Source: a bacterium
GTDB taxonomy: Bacteria > UBA8248 > JACPRG01 > G963555815
DNA length: 64,000 nt
Assembly (NCBI GenBank): GCA_965261595.1
Contig: CBDHDG010000007.1
Coordinates: 512,001 to 576,000, forward strand
Direction of reading: 5' to 3'
Made by a program: the position numbers and the translations under genes. The notes beneath the pieces were generated by a model. That model did not search any database, was not told the origin of the DNA, and saw only the letters and a list, made by a program, of their open reading frames with translations. Position 1 is the stretch's first letter. Each line of letters starts with the position of its first letter. Shown in pieces: positions 1 through 9,488 of the stretch.

Positions 1-1
1 G

Positions 2-112
2 AGCGAGGTTGTCACCCAGTACGAACCCGAAGGGATTCACTGCTGCCACAACCTCTACCACACCACCCGGCTTCCGATGGCCGATTTCCTGGCGAAGCAT
101 TTGAACCGTTGA
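2..112 (+). CDS. C-terminal end of a probable alpha/beta hydrolase (partial, runs off the window)
   Basis: Frame 2 reads SEVVTQYEPEGIHCCHNLYHTTRLPMADFLAKHLNR*, resembling the G-x-H...MAD(W/F)L C-terminus of 2,6-dihydroxypseudooxynicotine-hydrolase-like proteins. Confidence 0.5.
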   Translation, partial: SEVVTQYEPEGIHCCHNLYHTTRLPMADFLAKHLNR

Positions 113-338
113 TTGGAAACCCCCCGGAGGCCTTGATCCCGCGCAAGGGGGCCGTCCGTCCGGCCACGAATAAGGTTCGGGTTGATGAGGGGGGAGGGGA
201 GTCCGAATTGGAAGCCCCTGGTCCGGGTGCGCCTTTCGGCCGATGATTCCTCGTCCCGATCGGGGATGCGGCATCATTCGCGGGGATGACCGGACCGGTC
301 AACCAACCCGCCGCCTCGGGCCCGGCCGGGTCCGGGTT

Positions 339-1250
339 CTACTTCGCGCCTTTCCCGCCTTTTGCGGCCCTGCCTTCCACGCATTCCCCCGTCCAATCCT
401 CGAGCATGCGGATCAGCGCCGTGTGGTCCCGGTCGCCCGCGCCGCCCTTGACGGCGAAGGCCAGCATTTGTTCCAGCAGGTTGCCGGTATGCATGGGAAT
501 GTTCTCTTCCCTCGCCAGGCGGGTCGCGATGGAGATGTCCTTGAGCAGGAGTTTCAGGGGAAAGCCGGCGTCGAATGTCCGGGGCAGAATGTATTTGGGA
601 AATTTGACTTCCGAGGTGTTGCTTCGGCCCGTACTCTGGTTGAGGATTTCAATCGTCCGGTCCGGATCGAGCCCCAGGCGCGTCGCGAGGATCATCGCCT
701 CGCTCGTGGCCAGGAGGTGTGAGGCCGAAAGAAAGTTGTTCAGGGCCTTGAGAACGTGGCCCGCGCCCGGCCCGCCGACGTAATGGACGTTCGGACCGAA
801 GACGCGGAGGACGGGTTCCGACTTCTCGAACAGATTTTCCTCCCCGCCGACCATGACGGTGAGCGTTCCCGCCACCGCCCCCCGGACGCCCCCGCTCACC
901 GGGGCGTCGAGGAAGTCGATCCCTTTCTCCTTCAGAAGCGTTCCCAGCCGCCGGGTGCTGGACGGGTGGGACGTGCTCATGTCGATGATGACCTGCCCGG
1001 CCGCGGCCGTCCGGAGGAGCCCCCCTTCTCCCTCGACGACACCTTCCACGGCCTTCGAGTCCGGCAGGCTCAGCAGGATCGTCGGGGCATTTTCCGCGAT
1101 CTCGCCGAGGGATGCGGCGGCGCGTCCTCCGGCCTGGACAAAGGCCTCGACCGCGTCCGGGTTGATGTCATATCCCCAGACTTCGTGCCCGGCCTCGAGC
1201 AGCCGCCCCGATATGGGAATTCCCATGTTCCCGAGCCCGATGAAACCCAC
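339..1250 (-). CDS. NAD(P)-dependent oxidoreductase, 3-hydroxyisobutyrate/2-hydroxymethylglutarate dehydrogenase family
   Basis: GFIGLGNMG Rossmann motif, DAPVSGG, KALNN; start uncertain (no in-frame ATG upstream of the GTG before a stop). Confidence 0.88.
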   Translation of the reverse strand: MGFIGLGNMGIPISGRLLEAGHEVWGYDINPDAVEAFVQAGGRAAASLGEIAENAPTILLSLPDSKAVEGVVEGEGGLLRTAAAGQVIIDMSTSHPSSTRRLGTLLKEKGIDFLDAPVSGGVRGAVAGTLTVMVGGEENLFEKSEPVLRVFGPNVHYVGGPGAGHVLKALNNFLSASHLLATSEAMILATRLGLDPDRTIEILNQSTGRSNTSEVKFPKYILPRTFDAGFPLKLLLKDISIATRLAREENIPMHTGNLLEQMLAFAVKGGAGDRDHTALIRMLEDWTGECVEGRAAKGGKGAK

Positions 1251-1414
1251 GCGCTTTTCGATCGGTTCAGATCCCTGGACGAATGCGTAGCATGGACGGC
1301 TTTAAATCGGGCCGGCGCGTTTCTTTGATGTTCCTGCTGCAAACTTGAAAAGACGCCGTGGTTTTCACCTTAGCTGTCAAGAATCTTCGTTGCATGGGAC
1401 ACAATTCTTCACCC

Positions 1415-2218
1415 TCAGTCCGCCATTCGGTTACGGTATAAACGGAGATCGGCATCCGTCACCTCATCCGGCGGCACAAGTTTATAGTGCTTTTCTGAAG
1501 AGATGCCGACGCCCTCTTCGTCTTTTTCGAATTCGAAAAGGGCGATGACATCATTCTGCATGAACTGAGCACCAACGGGTCGGCAGATCAGAGATGGAAA
1601 TTTGTGTGCACAGACCGCCAAATCCTGCTCAATCTGTACGATACTCAATTTATCGTTGCCCGCCTTGGCCTGGATGGGAAAGACGTAATGTGAGCCTCTC
1701 TTGTCTACACCGACGTACAACTCGTCCGTCTCCACTTGGCCGATATCCGGTGCGGTTGTGCGGAGATGGTTCTGGATCGAGTAGCAGGCAACACCCGTGA
1801 AGATATCCACCAGCCGATTGTATCGGACCTTCGCGAGAAGCGCCTGTTCATCGTTGAGAGCGTACTTCGCCACGAGTCCTGGCGTAGCATCCGGGACTTT
1901 GGTCGCGACCATGTTTTCGTTTGGGACAAGCGGTTTGTCGGTGACCAAAGCAAAACAGTATTTGGCCCGCCCTGCGGGCCGAATGATCCAGATGGTCTTT
2001 TCCGGCGCATGTTGCCTTATGCTCTCGGTTAATTCCGCGCGGTAGCGGAAGCTGTAGACTAGGTCACCTGGATTTTTGGGTAGTTTGAGCTTCATTTCGC
2101 TCGCGAATTTTACGATGTCCTCGCGCTCGAACGCAACTTCCCGCATTCCAGGCCTGAATTTCGAGTGGAAAATCTTCTCGATAATCGACGAGTAAACGTT
2201 TTTGTTTTTCCGGCTCAA
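1415..2218 (-). CDS. Putative type II restriction endonuclease (PD-(D/E)xK-like)
   Basis: ETDE...IQAK motif; directly downstream of an amino-methyltransferase; lower GC than flanks. Confidence 0.65.
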   Translation of the reverse strand: MSRKNKNVYSSIIEKIFHSKFRPGMREVAFEREDIVKFASEMKLKLPKNPGDLVYSFRYRAELTESIRQHAPEKTIWIIRPAGRAKYCFALVTDKPLVPNENMVATKVPDATPGLVAKYALNDEQALLAKVRYNRLVDIFTGVACYSIQNHLRTTAPDIGQVETDELYVGVDKRGSHYVFPIQAKAGNDKLSIVQIEQDLAVCAHKFPSLICRPVGAQFMQNDVIALFEFEKDEEGVGISSEKHYKLVPPDEVTDADLRLYRNRMAD

Positions 2219-2233
2219 ATGGGTGTTCCTTGT

Positions 2234-3592
2234 TCAGACCTTATCGCCCTGCCACCGAAGGACAACAACCTCCTCCCGGAGTTGTTTCTTGGTGGCCGTC
2301 GCCAATCGGGTGCGGAACAGGTCAATGCCGACCACTTCATATCCCAGAGATTGCGCAAGGTCGGCCACCAGCTGCCCTGTCCGAATCATCACTTGTAAAT
2401 AGGAAGCTTGGTCCCCCACCACATAGGCGAGAAGGGCGTCGGGCCGCAGGACGGCGCGCAGGTCGGAAAGATGCCGGTACATGCCTCCGAAATACAGCTT
2501 TGTCACCCTTGCGTACATTCTCTCAAAACCGGAGGTCTTGCCGAGTTCAAGCCGTCGATTCTCGATGGTCTCGGCGATTTGTTGTATCGCCTCATGATCG
2601 GCCACCAAGAGGTCGTCGCAATCGCCCTTGTAGACACCTCGGGTGTTGGAGCGCACCAAATTCTGCTTGAGCGAGCGTAAATCCTGCTTGTTCCGGATGA
2701 ACCCCAAAAGTACGGACTCCAGGCGCGTGGTTCGGGTGTAGTCCTTTTCATTCGGGTACGGCGGCGACGTGATCACGGCATCCACCGAGTTCGGCTCAAG
2801 GACGCCGCGAAGAGAACGAGAATCGGCCGGATGGACGATGGCCTCAGTGGGGGCTTTGTTTTTCAACGCTCGAAGGTCGTCCGCCATTGACCGAACGGCG
2901 CTCAACCATGTCGCGACCACCGGGGTGTTTGTCTTTGTAACGCGGACTCCGACCTCCGGTCCGAAGTGCAGATTGCTCACACCGGATAGGACCGCTTTCG
3001 CAACGGCCAAACGCTCATGCCGGACAAATCGCTCGTTTCTTTCCTTCTGGATCGTCTCAAGCAAGAGCAAAGTTTTGTGCAGTTGTAGAGGACTGATGGA
3101 ATCCTTAAGGAGCAAATTAAACGATTCTTCCGGGAGTGTTCGCAGCTTCAGACCGGAGGTCATGGAACTCCGAAACAACGGCCTGTCCTCGACATCTATA
3201 TCCTCCAGACCGTCTTCAGCGAACTTTTTCGTCGTCCGCTCCGCGATTCGATGCGCGTCTTCGACAAGTCCGTCCGGGTTAACGCGCCAATCGACTTTGA
3301 CCCGGCTGGCGAAGCACGCAATGGGGTTAGGTTCCGTCCCGACACTCGGAATGCCCAACTTCTTGCACTCGACCAAGGTTGTTCCAGTACCGCAGAACGG
3401 ATCCAAGACGCGCTTGCGGCCGTCCACGCCAAGTTTTTGCAAGTATTCGCGCACCAAGTGAGGCGGAAACGAAAGGACGAAACGATACCAGTCGTGAGCG
3501 GCGCGGTCGGCAAGCCGAAGACGGTTGTCCTCCCGTCCCCCCTTCTGCGGGGCGCGGTTTTCAGACTTAATCGCGATGGAGTTCGTTTTCAT
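2234..3592 (-). CDS. DNA amino-methyltransferase, probably N4-cytosine (motif I before motif IV)
   Basis: VLDPFCGTGTT SAM-binding motif followed by ITSPPY catalytic motif. Confidence 0.88.
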   Translation of the reverse strand: MKTNSIAIKSENRAPQKGGREDNRLRLADRAAHDWYRFVLSFPPHLVREYLQKLGVDGRKRVLDPFCGTGTTLVECKKLGIPSVGTEPNPIACFASRVKVDWRVNPDGLVEDAHRIAERTTKKFAEDGLEDIDVEDRPLFRSSMTSGLKLRTLPEESFNLLLKDSISPLQLHKTLLLLETIQKERNERFVRHERLAVAKAVLSGVSNLHFGPEVGVRVTKTNTPVVATWLSAVRSMADDLRALKNKAPTEAIVHPADSRSLRGVLEPNSVDAVITSPPYPNEKDYTRTTRLESVLLGFIRNKQDLRSLKQNLVRSNTRGVYKGDCDDLLVADHEAIQQIAETIENRRLELGKTSGFERMYARVTKLYFGGMYRHLSDLRAVLRPDALLAYVVGDQASYLQVMIRTGQLVADLAQSLGYEVVGIDLFRTRLATATKKQLREEVVVLRWQGDKV

Positions 3593-3819
3593 TTTGTCAC
3601 GCTCAAGATGCGCTACAGCAAGCGCATGGTTAAAACGAAATCCGATTCTACCCTTTGTTGTCCCTCAAGGCCAATTCACGTATACTCGCGCACCAATTTA
3701 GAAAAATCATTCAATCGGCCTCAGTTTGAAACCGCCCCTTGAGCTCCAATCCGAAATTTAAAGGGCTCTCGGGAGCGTGCTTGGCCTGTTGCACAACCCC
3801 TCCCATGTGAGGATTCAAA

Positions 3820-4194
3820 ATGAAGATCGTGAATTCCCACGAGATCAAGGGCCACACCGCCGCGGGGGGGCGGCTCACGCGGATTCTCCTGGACCATGAA
3901 GTCGGCCTGGAAGACGCCGCGGTGGTCCAGGTGGACTTTGCCGAGGGGACGGCCTCGGAGTTTCATGCGCGCGAGGGACAAATCGAGATCCTTTACTCCC
4001 TCAAAGGGGTTAACGCCGTCGGCTATCCCGACGGGCGGCGTGATCTGCTTCCCGAAGGCAGCGCCGCTTACATGACCCCCGGCATCGAGCACCGGCACGA
4101 AAACGGCGGAACCCCCATGGCCACGCTCCTGGTCGTCTTCATTCCGCCCGGGAGCGTCACCGACGCCGTCCGCAAGCGCCCCCTGGAGGACTGA
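3820..4194 (+). CDS. Cupin domain protein
   Basis: H-x(n)-E...G and PGIEHRHEN cupin motifs; GAGGA RBS. Confidence 0.8.
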   Translation: MKIVNSHEIKGHTAAGGRLTRILLDHEVGLEDAAVVQVDFAEGTASEFHAREGQIEILYSLKGVNAVGYPDGRRDLLPEGSAAYMTPGIEHRHENGGTPMATLLVVFIPPGSVTDAVRKRPLED

Positions 4195-4197
4195 CCG

Positions 4198-5556
4198 GTG
4201 GCCTCCCACATGGTGGACTCCGCGCTCTTCAAGGACCAGTTCGGCACCGAGGAGATGCGGCGGATTTTCGACGACCGGAACCTGCTTCAGAGGTGGATGG
4301 ACGTGGAGGCGGCCCTCGCCCGGGCGGAGGCGGCCGTGGGGCTGATCCCCGACTCCGCGGCGGAGGAGATCTCCCGCAGGTGCGAGGCGGACCTCCTGGA
4401 CGTCGAGGCCATCAAACGGGGCATCGACGAGACGAGCCACCCGATTGTGCCCTTCCTGCACGCCTACCAGGCGGTCTGCGGGAAGGAGGCGGGCGAATAC
4501 CTTCACTGGGGGGCGACGACCCAGGACATCATCGACTCGGGGATGGTTCTCCAGATTCGCGAGGCTTACGACGCCATCCAGCGCGACGTGTCGGAGATCA
4601 TCCGGATCATCTGCGACATGGCCCGGAAGTATCGGGACACGCTCATGGCGGGCCGGACCCACGGCGTCCACGCCCTGCCCATCACGTACGGTTTCAAGGT
4701 GGCGATCTGGGCGTGCGAGCTTCACCGCCACCAGGAGCGTCTCCGGGCGGCGAGGCCGCGGGTCCTCGTCTCCAGCTTGTTCGGGGCCGTCGGCACGCTC
4801 AACAGCTTCGGCAAGGACGCCTTGGAGATCCAGCGGCTCGTCTCGGAGGACCTGGGGCTCGACGTCCCGGAGATTTCGTGGCACTCGGCCCGGGACGGCG
4901 TGGCCGAGTGGACGGCCCTGCTCGGGCTTCTGGCGGGGACAATGGGGAAGATCGCCAACGAGATCATCAACCTGATGAAGACCGAGGTGGATGAGGTCGA
5001 GGAGCCCTTTCATCACGGGAAAATCGGAAGCTCCACCATGCCCCACAAGCGCAATCCGATGATCTGCGAAGCGGTGCTCGCCGCCTCGCGCATCGTGCGG
5101 AGTCACGTCCCGCTGGCGCTGGAGGTCATGATGTCCGAGCACGAGCGGGACATGTCCGCCTGGCAGGCGGAGTGGGAGTTCGTCCCCGAGGCCTGCATCC
5201 TGACCGGGGCCGTCCTCCATCAGATGAAGTTTGTTCTGTCGAACCTCATCGTGAAGCCCGACAACATGCGGAAGAACCTCGATGCCCTGGGCGGTCTGAT
5301 ACTCTCGGAAGCGGTTATGCTCCGCCTGGGCGAGTCCATCGGCCGGCAGACGGCTCACGATTTGGTGTATGAGATCAGCATGGAAACTTTCGAGAAAGGG
5401 GTCCCCTTCGCCGATCTGCTCGCAAAGGATGAGAAGGTCTCCGCCCATCTCTCCCCGGAAGAAATTGAGGGGCTGCTCGATCCCGCGAACTACGTCGCCC
5501 ATTGCGGAACCCTGGTGGATCGGGCCGTCGCGGCGTGCGAATCGGGTTCTTCCTGA
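4198..5556 (+). CDS. Adenylosuccinate lyase / carboxymuconate cycloisomerase family (fumarase superfamily) lyase
   Basis: HWGATTQDI, MAGRTHG, GSSTMPHKRNP signatures. Confidence 0.88.
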   Translation: MASHMVDSALFKDQFGTEEMRRIFDDRNLLQRWMDVEAALARAEAAVGLIPDSAAEEISRRCEADLLDVEAIKRGIDETSHPIVPFLHAYQAVCGKEAGEYLHWGATTQDIIDSGMVLQIREAYDAIQRDVSEIIRIICDMARKYRDTLMAGRTHGVHALPITYGFKVAIWACELHRHQERLRAARPRVLVSSLFGAVGTLNSFGKDALEIQRLVSEDLGLDVPEISWHSARDGVAEWTALLGLLAGTMGKIANEIINLMKTEVDEVEEPFHHGKIGSSTMPHKRNPMICEAVLAASRIVRSHVPLALEVMMSEHERDMSAWQAEWEFVPEACILTGAVLHQMKFVLSNLIVKPDNMRKNLDALGGLILSEAVMLRLGESIGRQTAHDLVYEISMETFEKGVPFADLLAKDEKVSAHLSPEEIEGLLDPANYVAHCGTLVDRAVAACESGSS

Positions 5557-5750
5557 CCCGACCCATTCGGGCTTGAAACCCTCCGGACGCTGTGGTAAAT
5601 GGGAAGGGTTCGGAAACCGAAGGCGCGGCGATTGAGAATTCCTGGTGGGGTTGTCTCCGGCGGGGGAGGAGGGGAGCGGGTTTTGCGCGTCCGGCCGGGT
5701 CCCGGAAGGGGCTGGAGCGGGCGAAATCACAATGAGGGAGGACTGGTCTC

Positions 5751-6833
5751 ATGTCGAACGACTGGCCCGTAGCGGCCCACGATCCCAAAGACAGGGCGCT
5801 CGATTATTACATCTGCGATTGCGAAGCGCACATCATGCCGGAGGACTACCGGCGCTTCATCAAGTACTTCCCCGCCACGGCGACGTTCGAGTACGCCCAC
5901 AAGATGTGCAAGCACTGGCAGTGGACCGATCACGTCACGGGGAAGGAGTACAAACAACCGGGGATGGACTGGACCATGGAGAAGATCATCGCCGATTACG
6001 ATTCGTGCGGCGTCGATCAGTCCTGCCTGATGCGCGAGTCCTTCATCGACACAGCCATGGACCACGCCCCCTTCTCCACCAACCAGCACGTCATCGACGC
6101 CCTGGAGAAATACCCGGACCGCTTCATCGGCTGCTCCAACGTCGGTCCCTTCAGCAAGCGGAAGACCAGCGACATCCTCTGGGAGCTGGACTACCTCCAC
6201 ACGAACTTCAACTTCAAGACGACGAAGTTCTACATGCCCGAAGACACCTACATGAACGACCGGCGGCTCTGGCCCGTCTACGAGAAGTGCGAAGAGATGG
6301 GCATTGTCTGCTTCTTCCACACGGGGCTGACGATCCGCATCGGCTACACCAAGTACACCCTGCCGCGGCTCCTGGACGACGTGATGATCGATTTCCCCGA
6401 CCTCAAGGTGGTGGCCTACCACGGCGGCTACCCGTACTGGGAAGAGGCGGCCATGCTGGCGTGGAAGCACCCAAACTTCCACATCAGCTACTCGATCCTC
6501 CTGCCCTGGCTGCTGCGCGCGCCCGAGCGGTTCCTTCACATGGTCGGGACGACGATGCAGATCGCCGGGTCCGACCGCTTCATCTGGGGGAGCGACTGGC
6601 CGGCCTCGGATCCGGGACAGAGCATCCAGGCCGTCCTGAACCTCAAGATGACCGAAGAGCTTCAGGAGAAATACGGCTACCCGGAGATCACCAAAGAGGA
6701 CAAGTTCAAGTTTCTCGGCGGCAACTTGGCCCGCTTGATGGGCATCGACCCGAAGAAGGGCATGCTCAAGGCGAAGCGCGACGGGGCCCGGAAGAAACCC
6801 GCAAAGAAGCGCGCGGCGGGCGGAAAGCGTTAA
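5751..6833 (+). CDS. Amidohydrolase_2 family metal-dependent hydrolase/decarboxylase
   Basis: DCEAH, FHTG, AYHGG, IWGSDWP, FLGGNLARL motifs. Confidence 0.85.
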   Translation: MSNDWPVAAHDPKDRALDYYICDCEAHIMPEDYRRFIKYFPATATFEYAHKMCKHWQWTDHVTGKEYKQPGMDWTMEKIIADYDSCGVDQSCLMRESFIDTAMDHAPFSTNQHVIDALEKYPDRFIGCSNVGPFSKRKTSDILWELDYLHTNFNFKTTKFYMPEDTYMNDRRLWPVYEKCEEMGIVCFFHTGLTIRIGYTKYTLPRLLDDVMIDFPDLKVVAYHGGYPYWEEAAMLAWKHPNFHISYSILLPWLLRAPERFLHMVGTTMQIAGSDRFIWGSDWPASDPGQSIQAVLNLKMTEELQEKYGYPEITKEDKFKFLGGNLARLMGIDPKKGMLKAKRDGARKKPAKKRAAGGKR

Positions 6834-6890
6834 GAGATCGGGCGGCGCGAGTTTCTCGGCGCTCCATTCCGGAAATGGTTTCTCAGATCA

Positions 6891-6925
6891 AGCGGGCGGC
6901 CCGGCGGGCCGCCCGCTCGCGTTTG
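6891..6925 (+). terminator. GC-rich hairpin, probable terminator between convergent genes
   Basis: 12-bp stem AGCGGGCGGCCC / GGGCCGCCCGCT with 3-nt loop; weak U tail. Confidence 0.45.
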
Positions 6926-7102
6926 TCGCGGAATGGGCCGGTGCGGTGATAAAACCGCTTAACCCGTATTTTCCTCAGACATTCCAAACAGGGCGGGTTT
7001 GGCGAAGGGTCTGACCCAACCCCGTCCGGACCCGGCCGCGCCGGGGTTTTCAATACGCCCCCCGGTCTTGCCGGGATTCGATGGTTTGCAAGAAATCCCC
7101 GA

Positions 7103-8200
7103 CTACTCCTTGTACTTGAACACCGGCGCCGCCCGGCGGCCGCGCTTGGGCAGCTTGATCCCGGGCAGGTAGGCGTTGGTGTAAAGCTCCGAGACGGAAG
7201 GCTTTTTCTTCAGCCTAAGAGGCTTGGCCAGGAAGTCGATGGTTTTCTGCCACCTCTCGTCGGTCATCCCCCCGAGCCCCTTCGCCCGGCCGCTCTTCGT
7301 GTACCAGAGGTCGCCCGTGATGTCCCAGACCTCGCGGTTGGATTGCTTTTCGCACACGGGACATTGCTTCATCAGGTAATTGATGGATTCATCCGGATTC
7401 TGAAGGGCGTAGGCGATCCCGCGGCCGGCGGCCTTCAAGAATTTTCGGACGTCCCCGCCCCTCTGCTCGAGCGTCTTGTCCAGAACAATGAGACCCGTGC
7501 CGTAAATTCTCAGGCCCTCGTTGGCAAGGGGAACAAAGTGGATCTCTTTTCCAACCTGCTTGGCCTTCCGGGACAGGATGGGGTACTGCGTGACGAAGCC
7601 GGTAGAGGCCAGGTACGCCCCGGCCAGCATTCCGGCGTCCCGCGCGGCGGGGGTTGTGTTCACAAACTTGACCTTCTTCAGGTCGTAGCCTTTGATGCCG
7701 TAAAGGAGCTTGATGCTCGGCCAGATGGCGTCGTTCTCCGGCGCGCCGATGCTCTTGCCCATGAGGTCCTTGAGCGAGTTGATCCCTCGGTCCTTGAGGG
7801 TCCAGACAACCATCGGCGGGATGTCGTGGTTCATCATCACCGTTTTGGACTTGACACCTTTTCTCCAAGCGATGATCTGGGAGATGGACGGCACGGACCC
7901 TCCCACGGTGTAGGTGCCCGCGCCCACCTTCGTCATCGTGGCCCCGCCGCCGAAACCGCGGATAATTTTGACGTTGTCCAAGCCCTCTTCTTGAAAAAAC
8001 CCCTTGTCGCGGGCCGTCAGCCACCCCAGGTCGCGCCCGTAGAACACCCAGCCGATGCTGAAGACGAAGTCCTTCTGGGCATGGACCATTTGCGGCGCCC
8101 AAACCCCGACCGCAAGCGTCGCGGCCAGGAAACCGGAAACGCCCAGGAGCAACAACCGACGCATTTTCGATTCTCGCCTTCGCATTGATTTTCCCTCCAT
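7103..8200 (-). CDS. ABC transporter substrate-binding protein, NMT1/THI5/SsuA family
   Basis: Signal peptide, A-x-DKGFF-x-EEGL, I-x-SLKDL-x-GKSIG motifs; true start may be a downstream Met. Confidence 0.82.
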   Translation of the reverse strand: MEGKSMRRRESKMRRLLLLGVSGFLAATLAVGVWAPQMVHAQKDFVFSIGWVFYGRDLGWLTARDKGFFQEEGLDNVKIIRGFGGGATMTKVGAGTYTVGGSVPSISQIIAWRKGVKSKTVMMNHDIPPMVVWTLKDRGINSLKDLMGKSIGAPENDAIWPSIKLLYGIKGYDLKKVKFVNTTPAARDAGMLAGAYLASTGFVTQYPILSRKAKQVGKEIHFVPLANEGLRIYGTGLIVLDKTLEQRGGDVRKFLKAAGRGIAYALQNPDESINYLMKQCPVCEKQSNREVWDITGDLWYTKSGRAKGLGGMTDERWQKTIDFLAKPLRLKKKPSVSELYTNAYLPGIKLPKRGRRAAPVFKYKE

Positions 8201-8249
8201 TCGGTGATCGAAATACTGGTTCCGAGCCGCGATCGCGCGACCGATCAGC

Positions 8250-8492
8250 TCACCACGCCCACCGCCCGGACGGGACTTCCGTCGGCCCCGGCCATCGGAA
8301 GCGGAGAGGCGATAATTTGAATCCCGTTCTCGGGGAGCCGATGTGGACGCTCATCGAGAATTTGCAGTTGTGGCGGAAACGCGTCTTCAGCCGCGCGAAC
8401 ACCTCCAGACCAAAATCCGGATGGCTCGGCGGATGGAAGTCGCTGAAGGTCTCGTCCAGCGGCAGGGTGAGATCGATGATCCTCACGGCCAC
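8250..8492 (-). pseudogene. Truncated cyclase (kynurenine formamidase-like) family N-terminal fragment
   Basis: GGAGAG RBS, then RIIDLTLPL...SMSVHIG, after which the similarity stops. Confidence 0.45.
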
Positions 8493-8786
8493 GGCTCTCC
8501 AATTGTGCACGTAAATCCCATTTAACAGAAACGCGAGCGCCGGAGTCAAGGGATATGGACGATGTGAGGCCCCCCGGTCCCCCCCCCCCCCCGAGTCCCC
8601 ACGCCGAGGGTGCGTTTCCTGTCATGGATGCCCGCGTAAATGGTATCCTGTTCCGCGATGGGCCTCTGATCGCAGGTTGGTGCGGGCAATCACCCACGAT
8701 CTTGCGATACGGCGGGTCGGCCCTTCCACCGGGTCTTTCCGCGGCCGCCTTGACCGCCGCGTCCCCTATCCGATTAGAGTGACCGC

Positions 8787-9479
8787 ATGAAGCTTTCCAT
8801 CGTCATGCCCGTCTACAACGAGCGCGACACCATCGAGGAGATCCTCCGGCAGGTCATGGCCCTGGAGCTGGAGAAAGAGATCATCCTGGTGGACGACTGC
8901 TCGACGGACGGAACCCGCGAGTGGCTCCGGGAACGGAAAGAGGGGGGGGGGGATGGGCTCCGGGTGCTGTACCACGAGCGGAACAGCGGGAAGGGGGCCG
9001 CGCTGAGAACGGGGTTCGCCCACGTCACGGGCGATGTGGTCGTCCCCCAGGACGCCGATCTGGAGTACGACCCGCAGGACCTCATCCGGCTGATGGAGCT
9101 CTTCAAGCGGGGCGTGGCCGACGCCGTTTACGGGTCCCGGCTGATGGGGGGCGCACCGCAGCGCGTCCACCTCTTCTGGCACAAGGTGGGCAACGGCCTC
9201 CTCTCTTTCCTCACCAACCTCCTGTTCAACTCCACGCTGAGCGACATGGAGACCTGCTACAAGATGATCCGGGCGGACGTTCTCCGCGATCTGAACCTGG
9301 TCTCCAACGGCTTCTCCATCGAGCCCGAGATCACCGCCAAGATTCTCAAGCGCAAGCTGCGGGTTTACGAGATGCCCATCTCCTATTACGGCCGGACGTA
9401 CGAGGAAGGGAAGAAGATCACCTGGTTGCATGGCTTCGAGGCGCTGTGGACCCTGCTCAAATACCGGTTCGTGAGCTGA
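8787..9479 (+). CDS. Glycosyltransferase family 2 (polyprenol-phosphate glycosyltransferase-like)
   Basis: LSIVMPVYNE, VDDCSTDGT, NSGKGAA, QDADLEYDP. Confidence 0.92.
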   Translation: MKLSIVMPVYNERDTIEEILRQVMALELEKEIILVDDCSTDGTREWLRERKEGGGDGLRVLYHERNSGKGAALRTGFAHVTGDVVVPQDADLEYDPQDLIRLMELFKRGVADAVYGSRLMGGAPQRVHLFWHKVGNGLLSFLTNLLFNSTLSDMETCYKMIRADVLRDLNLVSNGFSIEPEITAKILKRKLRVYEMPISYYGRTYEEGKKITWLHGFEALWTLLKYRFVS

Positions 9480-9488
9480 GGACCCGCG

